Assembly (NCBI GenBank): GCA_002269645.1
Contig: NIVC01000512.1
Location: forward strand, 203,967-267,966
DNA from: Macrostomum lignano
Taxonomy: Eukaryota
Reading direction: 5' to 3'
Length of the DNA: 64,000 nucleotides
Position 1 is the stretch's first letter. Each line of letters opens with the position of its first letter. The notes beneath the pieces are model-generated. The model saw nothing but the letters and a program-made list of their open reading frames with translations, did no database searches and had not been told where the DNA came from. The translations under genes were made by a program, and so were the position numbers. Shown here in pieces: positions 23,901 through 36,501 of the stretch.

Positions 23901-26900
23901 TGGGGAGTGTGACGGAGGGAATATAGATAAGTGGGGTGGGTGACGGAGGGAATATAGATAAGTGGGGAGTGTGACGGAGGGAATATAGATAAGTGGGGTG
24001 GGTGACGGAGGGAATATAGATAAGTGGGGAGTGTGACGGAGGGAATATAGATAAGTGGGGTGGGTGACGGAGGGAATATAGATAAGTGGGGTGGGTGACG
24101 GAGGGAATATAGATAAGTGGGGAGTGTGACGGAGGGAATATAGATAAGTGGGGAGGGTGACGGAGGGAATATAGATAAGTGGGGAGGGTGACGGAGGGAA
24201 TATAGATAAGTGGGGTGGGTGACGGAGGGAATATAGATAAGTGGGGTGGGTGACGGAGGGAATATAGATAAGTGGGGTGGGTGACGGAGGGAATATAGAT
24301 AAGTGGGGTGGGTGACGGAAGGAATATAGATAAGTGGGGTGGGTGACGGAGGGAATATAGATAAGTGGGGTGGGTGACGGAAGGAATATAGATAAGTGGG
24401 GTGGGTGACGGAGGGAATATAGATAAGTGGGTGACGGAAGGAATATAGATAAGTGGGGTGGGTGACGGAAGGAATATAGATAAGTGGGGTGGGTGACAGA
24501 AGGAATATAGATAAGTGGGGTGGGTGACGGAAGGAATATAGATAAGTGGGGTGGGTGACGGAGGGAATATAGATAAGTGGGGTGGGTGACGGAAGGAATA
24601 TAGATAAGTGGGGTGGGTGACGGAGGGAATATAGATAAGTGGGTGACGGAAGGAATATAGATAAGTGGGGTGGGTGACGGAAGGAATATAGATAAGTGGG
24701 GTGGGTGACGGAGGGAATATAGATAAGTGGGTGACGGGGGGAGCATGAGCATTGTCCGCAGACGAAATGCCCGCCGAAAATAGCTTGTCGAGATTTGCCT
24801 GTCGAGCCTTTTCCGCCGAGATTTTCCCGCAGTAGGATTTGGCCGCGAGTTAATTGCCCTCGAGCGAAAAAAGCTTTGCGGGCAAACTTCGGCTGAAAAA
24901 AAAAACGGCGGGCAAATCGCGCGCGGGCAAAATGCACTTTGGGAAATCTCGGCGAGCGAATCTTGGCGGGCGATTCGTCTGCGGGCAATTCTCATGGACC
25001 TACCTGGGTGACGGAGCGGGGCTAAGTGATCTGGAGCTGTAGTCTACTGCAGTACAGCACAATTATGGCAAAAACCCGCAGGACATCAGGCCGCAATCGC
25101 TGCTGTACTATGGCGCCTATTCAAACAAAACTCTAGACGGCAGCGGATACGATTTGAAAAATGCCTACTTCTTCACCGGACTCGGTTTTCTTATCTTTAA
25201 CTTGATCTGTGTGGCGAAAATGTGAGCTGAGTGCGAAAATCTCATAATTCTTTTCTTATATGTAACAAAGTGTTAAGCCAAAGAGCCGGTTCAGTTTTCT
25301 ATATAGCTCTCGTATTCATTTGATCTAATTTGAAAGGCTCACAACAGCGGTGCAGGATCACTATGTGGAGAGCAGTGGCGAGCTGCGCGGCAGCAGCCTA
25401 ATTGCTACCGTGTTTTCTGCCTGGGATTTCTCCATGCGACGGCCGCGCGCTGTGGTTCAGCGAAGATCAGCCATTGCTACCACTTTTAAGGTGAGAATTG
25501 TTAGGGATGATTGTGTGTATCAGTGATTGGGAATGTAGTACGAGCTTGTATGCTTGTTAGGAAGTGAGGTGGGTTTACGAGCCAGGGAGTGAGGTGGGTG
25601 TACGGGCCAGGGAGTGAGGTGGGTTTACGAGCCAGGGAGTGAGGTGGGTGTACGGGCCAGGGAGTGAGGTGGGTGTACGGGCCAGGGAGTGAGGTGGGTG
25701 TAAGGGCCAGGGAGTGAGGTGGGTTTACGGGCCAGGGAGTGAGGTGGGTGTAAGGGCCAGGGAGTGAGGTGGGTTTACGGGCCAGGGAGTGAGGTGGGTT
25801 TACGAGCCAGGGAGTGAGGTGGGTGTACGGGCCAGGGAGTGAGGTGGGTGTACGGGCCAGGGAGTGAGGTGGGTGTAAGGGCCAGGGAGTGAGGTGGGTG
25901 TACGGGCCGGGGAGTGAGGTGGGTGTAAAGCCAGGGAGTGAGGTGGGTGTACGGGCCAGGGAGTGAGGTGGGTGTACGGGCCAGGGAGTGAGGTGGGTGT
26001 AAGGGCCAGGGAGTGAGGTGGGTGTACGGGCCGGGGAGTGAGGTGGGTGTAAAGCCAGGGAGTGAGGTGGGTGTAAGGGCCAGGGAGTGAGGTTGGTGTA
26101 GAGCCGGGAGTGAGGTGGGTGTAAAGCCAGGGAGTGAGGTGGGTGTAGAACCAGGGAGTGAGGTGTTACCCTTCCCAGCGCCATCCGCCAACCGACGCCG
26201 CATCCTCAGGAGACTGCGGTGCAGATCGGCAAGCATCAGCGGCAGACGGGTTTCTCAGACCGGGCCAGCAGCCTGCTGCAGCTGCTGGTAATCAATGTCG
26301 TCTCCCTTCTGCTCATCGTAGTGGCCTGTCTGCTGCTTATCATAATGTTTCGCGAATATATCTACTTGGAGATGAGAATTAAACTCGTATGTCTATCAGA
26401 TTATTATTTTACTACCTTCATTAAGGAAATAATTTCTCTTTGACAAACGCAGGCCCAGGAACACCTGAGCGCATCGAATCTGTTGCCAAGCTCTGGCACC
26501 TTTTTTGCCAGCATAATTATCGGCTATCATGGCTTCCTGTGTTGCCTCCGGGTGCTTTCCATGATGGAGCGGCACACAGATCTGCACTATAATGTCACCT
26601 ATCCGCTAGTCAGGTGAGAATCAGGAATGGGAAAGCAGCTTTTTGTTATTTGACGATTAGAGCCACGTATTTCTTGTCGCTAAATTTACAGAAGTGGCCT
26701 CTTCACCCTGGCGACTGTGGCTTCTTTAGCATTTGTGCTGCACGCTTTCATATTTTGCCACTCATCGGAGGCGGAATCCGACTCAAACTACTTCACCTGT
26801 AGAGTGTTGGTAAGTTTTTAAACTACAATTAGTTTGAATTGTACTGTAGCTATGATTTTGTGGTCAGAGAGTGAGGTGGGTGTCTGTGGTCAGGGAGTGA

Positions 26901-29900
26901 GGTGGGTGTCCGTGGTCAGGGAGTGAGGTGGCTGTCCGTGGTCAGGGAGTGAGGTGGGTGTCCGTGGTCAGGGAGTGAGGTGGGTGTCTGTGGTCAGGGA
27001 CTGAGGTGGGTGTCTGTGGTCAGGGAGTAAGGTGGGTGGCTGAGGGCAAGCAGTGAGGTGGGTGGCTGAGGGCAGGAAGTGAGGTGGGTGGCTGTGGTCA
27101 GGGAGTGAGGTGGGTAGCTGAGGGCAAGCAGTGAGGTGGGTCACTGAGGGCAGGGAGTGAGGTGGGTGGCTGAGGGCAAGCAGTGAGGTGGGTCACTGAG
27201 GGCAGGCAGTGAGTTGGGTGTCTGTGGTCAGGGAGTGAGGTGGGTGGTTGTAGTCAGGAAGTGAGGTGGGTGGCTGAGGGCAAGGAGTGAGGTGGGTGGC
27301 TGAGGGCAGGGAGTGGGGTGGGTGCTGAGAGCAAGGAGTGAGGTGGGTGGCTGAGGGCAGGGAGTGAGGTGGGTGTCTGTGGTAAAAATTCGGAATCCAG
27401 ACAAAATCCATTCCCCTCTTCAGGGTCATTCGCAATTACATGACGGCTGGTCTGTGACTAGCGAGGCGAATGAATTCTGTTGGGAGTCCTGGATGGCTGC
27501 CCAGCTCTACCGGCTTAACTTTTACGACTTCTTTGCTGCTCTGGTATCGTCTTTTCTTCTCGAGGTTCTGCCAAAGTAAGTTAAGCGGCAACAACCAATG
27601 CCTTATGGAATAACAAATGAGTCTCATTTGTTCCGAATTCTCTTCCTCAATACCACAGAAGATTCTAATCTCTCATCTCAGCCTTGGTCGCGTCTCCAAT
27701 CTCAGCCTTGGTCTCGTCTCCATTCTCACCCCTTTGTCTCAACTCTAATCTCTCTTCTTCGTTTCATCTCTAATCTCACCCCTTTGTCTTATTTCTAATC
27801 TCACGCACACGCCTCGTCTCATCAACCAATCTCACCCCCTTTTCTCATCTCTTATCGCATCCTTTGTCTCATCTCCAATCTCACCCTTTTGTCTCATCTC
27901 TAATCTCTCGACTTTGTCTCATCTCCAATCTCACCCCTTTGTCTTATCTCCAATCTCATCCCTTAGTCTCATCTCCAATCCCAACCCTTTTGTCTCATCT
28001 CTAATCTCACCACTTTGTCTCATCTCCAATCTCACCCCTTTGTCTCATCTCCAATCCCAACCCTTTTGTCTCATCTCATGCACACGCATAATTGTCTCAT
28101 CTCCAATCTCATCCCTTAGTCTCATCTCCAATGTCACGCCTTGGTCTCGTCTTCAATCTCATCCCTGTCTCATCCTCTATCTCACACCATAAGTTTCCTA
28201 TACAGTGTCACCCTCAAATCTCATTCTGTTTATCATCAATAATTGTATATGTTCTGGCTACTATATTTTTATGTATACTTTCCCAACTCGCCCAACCCAT
28301 CGCAGGCTGCTTAGCTTGCTGCCCCTCCCAGCTCTGCAGAGATCCATCAAGCTGAACATTGACATCAGCTACAATGCCGCCTGTCTCACATTCTCCGCTG
28401 CTTTGCTGTGGTAAGTTGGACTTGCTTGTTCTATCTTGACTATATGTATAACAAAGTTTTTAGTCTGATTGTTACTATGGCTATCATCATTGGTTCTCTT
28501 CAGGCTCGGCGCGTTCTTCAGTCCACCTCTGGCTGTGTTTGGAGCGCTGAAAATTCTCACATTGTTCTTTTACAAATGGGTAAGTGCTTTGATCCACATT
28601 ATGTTGCTTGTTTATTGCTTGAAGGTGAGATCAAGGCCTCGTCCCCATGTTTCTGATCCCCATCTCTCTGATCCTCATCTCTCTGATTCCCATCTCTCTG
28701 ATCCCTATCTCTCTGATCATCATATCTCTGATTCTGATTCCCATCTCTCTGATCATCATATCTCTGATTCTGATTCCCATCTCTCTGATCCCTATCTCTC
28801 TGATCCCTATTTATCTAATCCTAATCTCTCTAATCCCCATCTCTTTAATCCCCTTTTCTCTGATCCCTATCTCTCTGATCCCCATCTCTCTGATCCCCAT
28901 CTCTCTGATCCCCTTTTCTCTGATCCCCTTTTCTCTGATCCCCATCTCTCTGATCCCCTTTTCTCTGATCCCCTTTTCTCTGATCCCCATCTCTCTGATC
29001 CCCATCTCTCTGATCCCCTTTTCTCTGATCCCCTTTTCTCTGATCCCCTTTTCTCTGATCCCCATCTCTCTGATCCCCTTTTCTCTGATCCCCGTCTCTC
29101 TGGTCCCCATCTCTCTGATCCCCATCTCTCTGATCCCCATCTCTCTGATCTCCATCTCTCTGATCCTAATTTCTCTGATCTTCATCTCTCTGATCCCCAT
29201 CTCTCTGATCCCCTTTTCTCTGATCCCCTTTTCTCTGATCCCCGTCTCTCTGGTCCCCATCTCTCTGATCCCCTTTTCTCTGATCCCCTTTTCTCTGATC
29301 CCCATCTCTCTGATCCCCTTTTCTCTGATCCCCGTCTCTCTGGTCCCCATCTCTCTGATCCCCATCTCTCTGATCTCCATCTCTCTGATCCTAATTTCTC
29401 TGATCTTCATCTCTCTGATCCCCATCTCTCTGATCCCCATCTCTCTGATCCCCTTTTCTTTGATCCCCTTTTCTCTGATCCCCATCTCTCTGATCCCCAT
29501 CTCTCTGATCCCCATCTCTCTGATCCCCTTTTCTCTGATCCCCTTTTCTCTGATCCCCGTCTCTCTGGTCCCCATCTCTCTGATCTCCATCTCTCTTATC
29601 CCCATCTCTCTGATCCCCATCTCTCTGATCCCCATCTCTCTGATCTCCATCTCTCTGATCCCCATCTCTCTGATCCCCATCTCTCTTATCCCCATCTCTC
29701 TGATCCCCATCTCTGATCCCCTTTTCTCTGCCCCCACTGATGCTCATCCCAAATATCACAACCTAGAGCCAGCACCGCCCAACCCTAACTGCGCACCCGC
29801 ATTCCCGCAGCTGATCCTGCAGCTGTGCTTTCGGCCCAGTCTGGCGGGCATGGGCAAGCTGCTGACAGCCAGGACGATCACCACCTTCCTGTTCCTGACC

Positions 29901-32900
29901 TCGCTGGTGCCTGGCCTGTTCCTGTCCTTTCTGATCTACTCCCTGCCCTTGTCGCCCGCCTGCGGCCCGTTCCGCAACGACGGCCTGCTCAAGGACGCCT
30001 ATTTCGACCAGTCCAACCTTGTCGGCTTCGTTCGCTACGTGACTACTGGGACGCCTCAGGTGCTGCTGCTGTGCCTGTTCCTCACCATGCTGGTGCGGGT
30101 ACGCAGCGTTGCCATGGGCAAGGAGGACGCTATTAGAGCTTTGAAGCGCTACATTGTGCTGGTGAGATGCCTATCACTGTGTGTCTGCCTGAATAAGCTT
30201 TGCCTTTTATCTGAATCATATGAAGTTTTATCTGAATCATCTGAATCTTCTATCTGAATCATCTGAATCTTCTATCTGAATCATCTGAATCTTCTATCTA
30301 AATCATCTGAATGTTCTACCTGAATCATCTGAATCATCTGAATCTTCTACCTGAATCATCTGAATCTTCTACCTGAATCATCTGAATCTTCTATCTGAAT
30401 CATCTGAATCTTCTATCTGAATCATCTGAATCTTCTACCTGAATCATCTGAATCTTCTATCTGAATCATCTGAATCTTCTACCTGAATCATCTGAATCTT
30501 ATATCTGAATCATCTGAATGTTCTACCTGAATCATCTGAATCTTCTATCTGAATCATCTGAATGTTCTACCTGAATCATCTGAATCTTCTATCTGAATCA
30601 TCTGAATCTTCTATCTGAATCATCTGAATCTTCTATCTGAATCATCTGAATCTTCTATCTGAATCATCTGAATCTTCTATCTGAATCATCTGAATCTTCT
30701 ACCTGAATCATCTGAATCTTCTATCTGAATCATCTGAATCTTCTACCTGAATCATCTGAATGTTCTACCTGAATCATCTGAATCTTCTACCTGAATCATC
30801 TGAATGTTCTACCTGAATCATCTGAATTCCCGCCTGAATCATCTGAATGTTCTACCTGAATCATCTGAATCTTCTACCTGAATCATCTGAATGTTCTACC
30901 TGAATCATCTGAATGTTCTATCTGAATCATCTGAATCTTCTATCTGAATCATCTGAATGTTCTACCTGAATCATCTGAATGTTCTACCTGAATCATCTGA
31001 ATCTTCTATCTGAATCATCTGAATGTTCTACCTGAATCATCTGAATCTTCTACCTGAATCATCTGAATGTTCTACCTGAATCATCTGAATGTTCTATCTG
31101 AATCATCTGAATCTTCTATCTGAATCATCTGAATGTTCTACCTGAATCATCTGAATGTTCTATCTGAATCATCTGAATGTTCTACCTGAATCATCTGAAT
31201 CTTCTACCTGAATCATCTGAATGTTCTACCTGAATCATCTGAATTCCCGCCTTAATCATCTGAATGTTCTACCTGAATCATCTGAATCTTCTACCTGAAT
31301 CATCTGAATGTTCTACCTGAATCATCTGAATGTTCTATCTGAATCATCTGAATCTTCTATCTGAATCATCTGAATCTTCTATCTGAATCATCTGAATCTT
31401 CTATCTAAATCATCTGAATGTTCTACCTGAATCATCTGAATCATCTGAATCTTCTACCTGAATCATCTGAATCTTCTATCTGAATCATCTGAATCTTCTA
31501 TCTGAATCATCTGAATCTTCTACCTGAATCATCTGAATCTTCTATCTGAATCATCTGAATCTTCTACCTGAATCATCTGAATCTTATATCTGAATCATCT
31601 GAATGTTCTACCTGAATCATCTGAATCTTCTATCTGAATCATCTGAATGTTCTACCTGAATCATCTGAATCTTCTATCTGAATCATCTGAATCTTCTATC
31701 TGAATCATCTGAATCTTATATCTGAATCATCTGAATCTTCTATCTGAATCATCTGAATCTTCTATCTGAATCATCTGAATCTTCTACCTGAATCATCTGA
31801 ATCTTCTATCTGAATCATCTGAATCTTCTACCTGAATCATCTGAATGTTCTACCTGAATCATCTGAATCTTCTACCTGAATCATCTGAATGTTCTACCTG
31901 AATCATCTGAATTCCCGCCTGAATCATCTGAATGTTCTACCTGAATCATCTGAATCTTCTACCTGAATCATCTGAATGTTCTACCTGAATCATCTGAATG
32001 TTCTATCTGAATCATCTGAATCTTCTATCTGAATCATCTGAATGTTCTACCTGAATCATCTGAATGTTCTACCTGAATCATCTGAATCTTCTATCTGAAT
32101 CATCTGAATGTTCTACCTGAATCATCTGAATCTTCTACCTGAATCATCTGAATGTTCTACCTGAATCATCTGAATGTTCTATCTGAATCATCTGAATCTT
32201 CTATCTGAATCATCTGAATGTTCTACCTGAATCATCTGAATCTTCTATCTGAATCATCTGAATGTTCTACCTGAATCATCTGAATGTTCTACCTGAATCA
32301 TCTGAATCTTCTATCTGAATCATCTGAATCTTCTACCTGAATCATCTGAATCTTCTATCTGAATCATCTGAATCTTCTACCTGAATCATCTGAATCTTCT
32401 ACCTGAATCATCTGAATGTTCTACCTGAATCATCTGAATCTTCTACCTGAATCATCTGAATGTTCTACCTGAATCATCTGAATTCCCGCCTGAATCATCT
32501 GAATGTTCTACCTGAATCATCTGAATCTTCTACCTGAATCATCTGAATGTTCTACCTGAATCATCTGAATGTTCTATCTGAATCATCTGAATCTTCTATC
32601 TGAATCATCTGAATGTTCTACCTGAATCATCTGAATGTTCTACCTGAATCATCTGAATCTTCTATCTGAATCATCTGAATGTTCTACCTGAATCATCTGA
32701 ATCTTCTACCTGAATCATCTGAATGTTCTACCTGAATCATCTGAATGTTCTATCTGAATCATCTGAATCTTCTATCTGAATCATCTGAATGTTCTACCTG
32801 AATCATCTGAATGTTCTATCTGAATCATCTGAATCTTCTATCTGAATCATCTGAATCTTCTATCTGAATCATCTGAATCTTCTATCTGAATCATCTGAAT

Positions 32901-33506
32901 CTTCCATCTGAATCATCTGAATTCCCGCCTGAATCGTGTGCAGTACCGTCGAATATGAATAATTAAAAACACTTTTTAGGAAGTGTTTCTTAATCATCAA
33001 AATTCTGTATTCGCCTGATTGAAGCATTTCTAAAAAAAGCTGACATTAAATTTGACTTCTCTTGTAAGCACTGTGCAGTGGCATGACTCACCGTCTCCTG
33101 GGTGCAGCCGGTTTCTTATCTTTGATCGCGCGAGAATTCCGACTAAATTCTCAACTGTGTCCGCAGTGACAAGAAATATATTTTCATTCGTCTTAGTAAC
33201 AGTTATTTTCGCCTGAAAAGTACATGCTACTACTAATTAGTAGAGCTATCTAATTTTACAAACTAAAACTAAATCATAGCTCGTAATTTAATACAACATT
33301 AATCGCATAATTAGTAAATAAGTAGGCTATAATAAATGTAATTTTTTATACCAAAATATTTTAAGTATAGATGTATTGTCATAAATCATAAATCATCAAC
33401 CTTGCAGGAGAACAGCGAATGCGTCCGGCTAAACAAGCAGATCAACGCCAGATTGCGCCGTCACGCCGAACGTATGACTAGAAATCAACGCCGACAGTAC
33501 TACTGA
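20966..33506 (+). CDS. Transmembrane channel-like (TMC family) protein, ~737 aa, 14 exons
   Basis: Phase-consistent GT-AG exons: 20966-21071, 21735-21918, 23103-23326, 23417-23583, 25082-25221, 25337-25490, 26210-26386, 26453-26613, 26692-26809, 27424-27575, 28306-28410, 28504-28579, 29811-30161, 33408-33506. TMC motifs SLLYYGAY, VFSAWDF, CWESWMAAQLYRL, WLGAFFSP and SPACGPFR. Confidence 0.9.
21127..21660 (+). mobile_element. tRNA-derived SINE-like element, copy 2, with an internal minisatellite expansion
   Basis: B-box GGTTCGATTCC; shares CTGACTCTC, ACACC[C/T]ATGAGG and GAGAGTGTACATGCCTGAC.ATTAGAAAGTCAGG with copy 1. Confidence 0.65.
21284..21552. repeat. 16-bp minisatellite (GAGAGTGTACATGCCT), ~17 copies
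   Basis: Seen directly, inside SINE copy 2. Confidence 0.95.
21989..23035. repeat. 38-bp minisatellite (GGGGTTGTGATTGGCTGAGAAGTCTGTAGCCAACTTCA), TMC intron 2
   Basis: About 27 tandem copies. Confidence 0.97.
23622..24738. repeat. 31-bp G-rich minisatellite, TMC intron 4
   Basis: GGAGGGAATATAGATAAGTGGGGTGGGTGAC, about 36 copies. Confidence 0.97.
24744..24996. mobile_element. MITE with ~30-bp TIRs inserted at the end of the 31-bp array
   Basis: CATGAGCATTGTCCGCAGACGAAATGCCCGCC versus GGCGGGCGATTCGTCTGCGGGCAATTCTCATG; no clear TSD. Confidence 0.7.
25558..26165. repeat. 25-bp minisatellite (CCAGGGAGTGAGGTGGGTGTACGGG), TMC intron 6
   Basis: About 24 copies. Confidence 0.95.
26863..27382. repeat. 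~26-bp minisatellite with CAGGGAGTGAGGTGGG core, TMC intron 9
   Basis: About 20 copies, with two tail variants (GTGTCTGTGGT and TGGCTGAGGG). Confidence 0.93.
27665..28215. repeat. Degenerate ~25-bp pyrimidine-rich repeat (CTCATCTCCAATCTCACCCCTTTGT), TMC intron 10
   Basis: Seen directly. Confidence 0.85.
28652..29729. repeat. 15-bp minisatellite (CTCTGATCCCCATCT), TMC intron 12
   Basis: About 70 copies; a unit length divisible by 3 explains the long repetitive ORFs. Confidence 0.96.
30208..32935. repeat. 22-bp minisatellite (TCTGAATCATCTGAATCTTCTA), ~120 copies, TMC intron 13
   Basis: Seen directly; variants -ATGTTCTAC- and a rare GAATTCCCGCC unit. Confidence 0.98.
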
Positions 33507-33746
33507 TTGACTGATTGGCAGTAGTATCAGTATTATATGCCGATTGTGTTATAGCTAATGAATATACGCGTATAGTGTGTGTTCTTGTTAATTCTATGTC
33601 AGTTTTTTCAGAGATTTTAATTCTGCACGGATTTAAACACTACTGCTCGTATAAAAGTAGTATTTAAAGCGTATATTGATTAAATGATTTTTCTACTACT
33701 TTTTGGTTAAAATTCTTAGACAGTAGTCTTTGTAATAAATAAAAAT

Positions 33747-34250
33747 AAAACTGGACCGCATCATTGTGTCCAGTTTAATTAAGTTCGAAGAAAACTGGAC
33801 CGCATCATTGTGTCCAGTTTAATTAAGTTCGAAGAAAACTGGACCGCATCATTGTGTCCAGTTTAATTAAGTTCGAAGAAAACTGGACCGCATCATTGTG
33901 TCCAGTTTAATTAAGTTCGAATAAAACTGGACCGCATCATTGTGTCCAGTTTAATTAAGTTCGAATAAAACTGGACCGCATCATTGTGTCCAGTTTAATT
34001 AAGTTAGAAGCAAACTGGACCGCATCATTGTGTCCAGTTTAATTAAGTTCGAAGAAAACTGGATCGCATCATTGTGTCCAGTTTAATTAAGTTCGAAGAA
34101 AACTGGATCGCATCATTGTGTCCAGTTTAATTAAGTTAGAAGAAAACTGGATCGCATCATTGTGTCCAGTTTAATTAAGTTAGAAGAAAACTGGACCGCA
34201 TCATTGTGTCCAGTTTAATTAAGTTAAAAGAAACTGGACCGCATCATTGT
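33747..34250. repeat. 44-bp tandem repeat with an internal hairpin, ~11 copies
   Basis: AAAACTGGAC-CGCATCATTGT-GTCCAGTTT-AATTAAGTTCGAAG; begins just after AATAAA at 33734. Confidence 0.95.
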
Positions 34251-34572
34251 GTTGCGCATTGTTTTTACAGTTTATTTCAGGAATGCTAGTAGGCATAGCT
34301 GCTAAATTCATAGCATCATCAAACCCAGTATGTTTTCCAGACTAATAACTGTTACCTACTCGTACGTCGTACCTGCCTTAACATTTCTTTGCTTAGCTCC
34401 AGTTTTTTGCTTTTTAAATTTTGTATCTATCAACTTTAATTAAAAGTGCAATTTATTCGCCGATAAGATTATGAATTACAGACTGTGCTTATTAATTTTT
34501 TCGCTTATACAGTCGAAGAAAGTAAATTTGGGCCTTCAAGTTTTTCCTGTATTTTTTAGTTTAATAAGTTTT

Positions 34573-34758
34573 CTAGTTTTCGTTCAAATCAGGGATGGAG
34601 TCGAATAGGCGGTTCAGCTCCTCGTTGTCGTCCACACTAGTTGCTTGGAGACGTAACTGCTCGTCCACAAGCTTCTCAACGTCGGCCCACTCCAAATGGT
34701 GGGAGATCTCACCGGCCGTCATGCCGCTTCTCATGCCGTTAGGAAATAATGAATCCAT
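34573..34758 (-). CDS. Candidate acidic microprotein (61 aa), or the last exon of an unrecognised gene
   Basis: Non-repetitive ORF with host-like GC3-rich codons in AT-rich DNA; upstream polypyrimidine-CAG acceptor near 34848; helical-looking EKLVDEQLRL..EELNRLFD. Confidence 0.35.
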   Translation of the reverse strand: MDSLFPNGMRSGMTAGEISHHLEWADVEKLVDEQLRLQATSVDDNEELNRLFDSIPDLNEN

Positions 34759-35737
34759 ATGGGGCCAAACTCACGATCAGAAGCTTGTGCATAGCAAGAA
34801 ATTGTCTATGGTCACTAAGAAAATGTCTATGGTAGGAACTCCTAGCTGCAGGAACAAAAAGCGTGCAGATAATAAAGTACAGTGCTGTGACGAAGAATTT
34901 TTTCAACGCACGCTCAGTCATGGGACAATATGCCTACTACTAGGCTTACTCGTGCGATAATAGTCTATGGCACTCGTGAGCGAATCTTACATTAGCATCG
35001 TCTGCTTTACGTGCATCAAAACTGAAACTGCACGATGTACTTCTTTTCCACTGCCCAAGAGATTGCTAGTACACACGGACAACTATTTCTTGCCTTGAGC
35101 TAGGAAATCAGAGTTTGCATAGCTAGCAGTTATCTAAAAAGTAAGCACAAAACTTCTTTTTCCTAAGCGCAGTGGACGCTTAGTGCTGGCACCCCCGCAG
35201 GCTGCCTAACAATATTAGATGCCCAGACGCTGGCACTGTACATCCCTGCTACTGCCCCAGGCTGTACACTGCTGAGCCATGGATAGAACTGGAGGACTCC
35301 CTCCCCCCCCCCTACACCCTCATGACTGAGGCGAATCGATTTGGGATCGCCGCCCCACCACCCCATTCTCCCTCCATCCCAGTGGTTTCTCCCCTTCTAA
35401 TCCGTCGCCCCCTTCCTCGCCCTCCAGCCAGTCAGCGCAGCGATGCAGAGAATCTCGCCAAGTCACCCCTCATCCACCTCACCTAGCTGAATCGCCCATC
35501 CGATCCCACATTTGTTCGGTAGATAAATCACTGGGTTACTCCTACAGCTTAAAAATAGGATATCCTTGCTAAGGATTTCGTGAGCGCTACAGATCCTTTA
35601 ATTAGAAGAGACGACTCAAACACTTTCAAGACTTTCGTAAACAGAAGTTCAGGTAAGCCTCCGCATGCGCTTTGGATAGCTTACAAGGGCTCATTGGAAC
35701 TGTTTATTTTAACTTTACCACTTATATAGAATCTTAT

Positions 35738-36370
35738 ATCTCATGTGTGAGACTAAGTGTCCTTAATCTCATGTGTGAGACTAAGTATCCTTAATCTCAT
35801 GTGTGAGACTAAGTATCCTTCATCTCATGTGTGAGACTAAGTGTCCTTCATCTCATGTGTGAGACTAAGTGTCCTTCATCTCATGTGTGAGACTAAGTGT
35901 CCTTCATTTCATGTGTGAGACTAAGTGTCCTTCATCTCATGTGTGAGACTAAGTGTCCTTCATCTAATCTGTGAGACTAAGTGTCCACACATGTGTGAGA
36001 CTAAGTGTTCTTCATGTGTGAGACTAAGTGTCCTTCATCTAATTGTGAGACTAAGTGTCCTTCATCTCGGGTGAGACTAAGTGTCCTTCATCTCATGTGT
36101 GAGACTAAGTGTCCTTCATCTAATTGTGAGACTAAGTGTCCTTCATCTCGGGTGAGACTAAGTGTCCTTCATCTCATGTGTGAGACTAAGTGTCCTTCAT
36201 CTAATCTGTGAGACAAAGTGTCCTTCATCTAATATGTGAGACTAAGTGTCCATCACATGTGTGAGACTAAGTGTTCTTCATGTGTGAGACTAAGTGTTCT
36301 TCATGTGTGAGACTAAGCATCCTTCATCTCATGTATGAGACTAAGCATCCTTCATCTCATGTGTGAGACC
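35738..36370. repeat. 28-bp minisatellite (CTCATGTGTGAGACTAAGTGTCCTTCAT)
   Basis: About 22 copies. Confidence 0.93.
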
Positions 36371-36501
36371 ATGTGTCTGTCAAACAGAATGTTAGTTTTC
36401 ATAAAGCTTTGTACTGGCTCAAAAGAGATGAAAGCGGTTTTCAAAGAGCCGCAGTGCTCAGAGACTGAAGTGAAAATCAATCTGAATGAATGCATTTAAA
36501 C

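Noticed and set aside
23546-24995. 466-480 aa minus-strand ORFs, and a possible extra TMC exon (FSWTYLGDGAG) near 24990
   Set aside because: Derived from the 31-bp array plus a MITE; the phase-consistent splice 23583 to 25082 restores the TMC motif without it
28469-30257. 415-536 aa repetitive proteins (SDPHL, ISLIP, GIREM repeats)
   Set aside because: Translation of a 15-bp intronic array; only 28504-28579 and 29811-30161 are TMC exons
33747-34250. CRISPR-like array of palindromic repeats
   Set aside because: Units are contiguous with no unique spacers, there are no cas genes, and the context is eukaryotic
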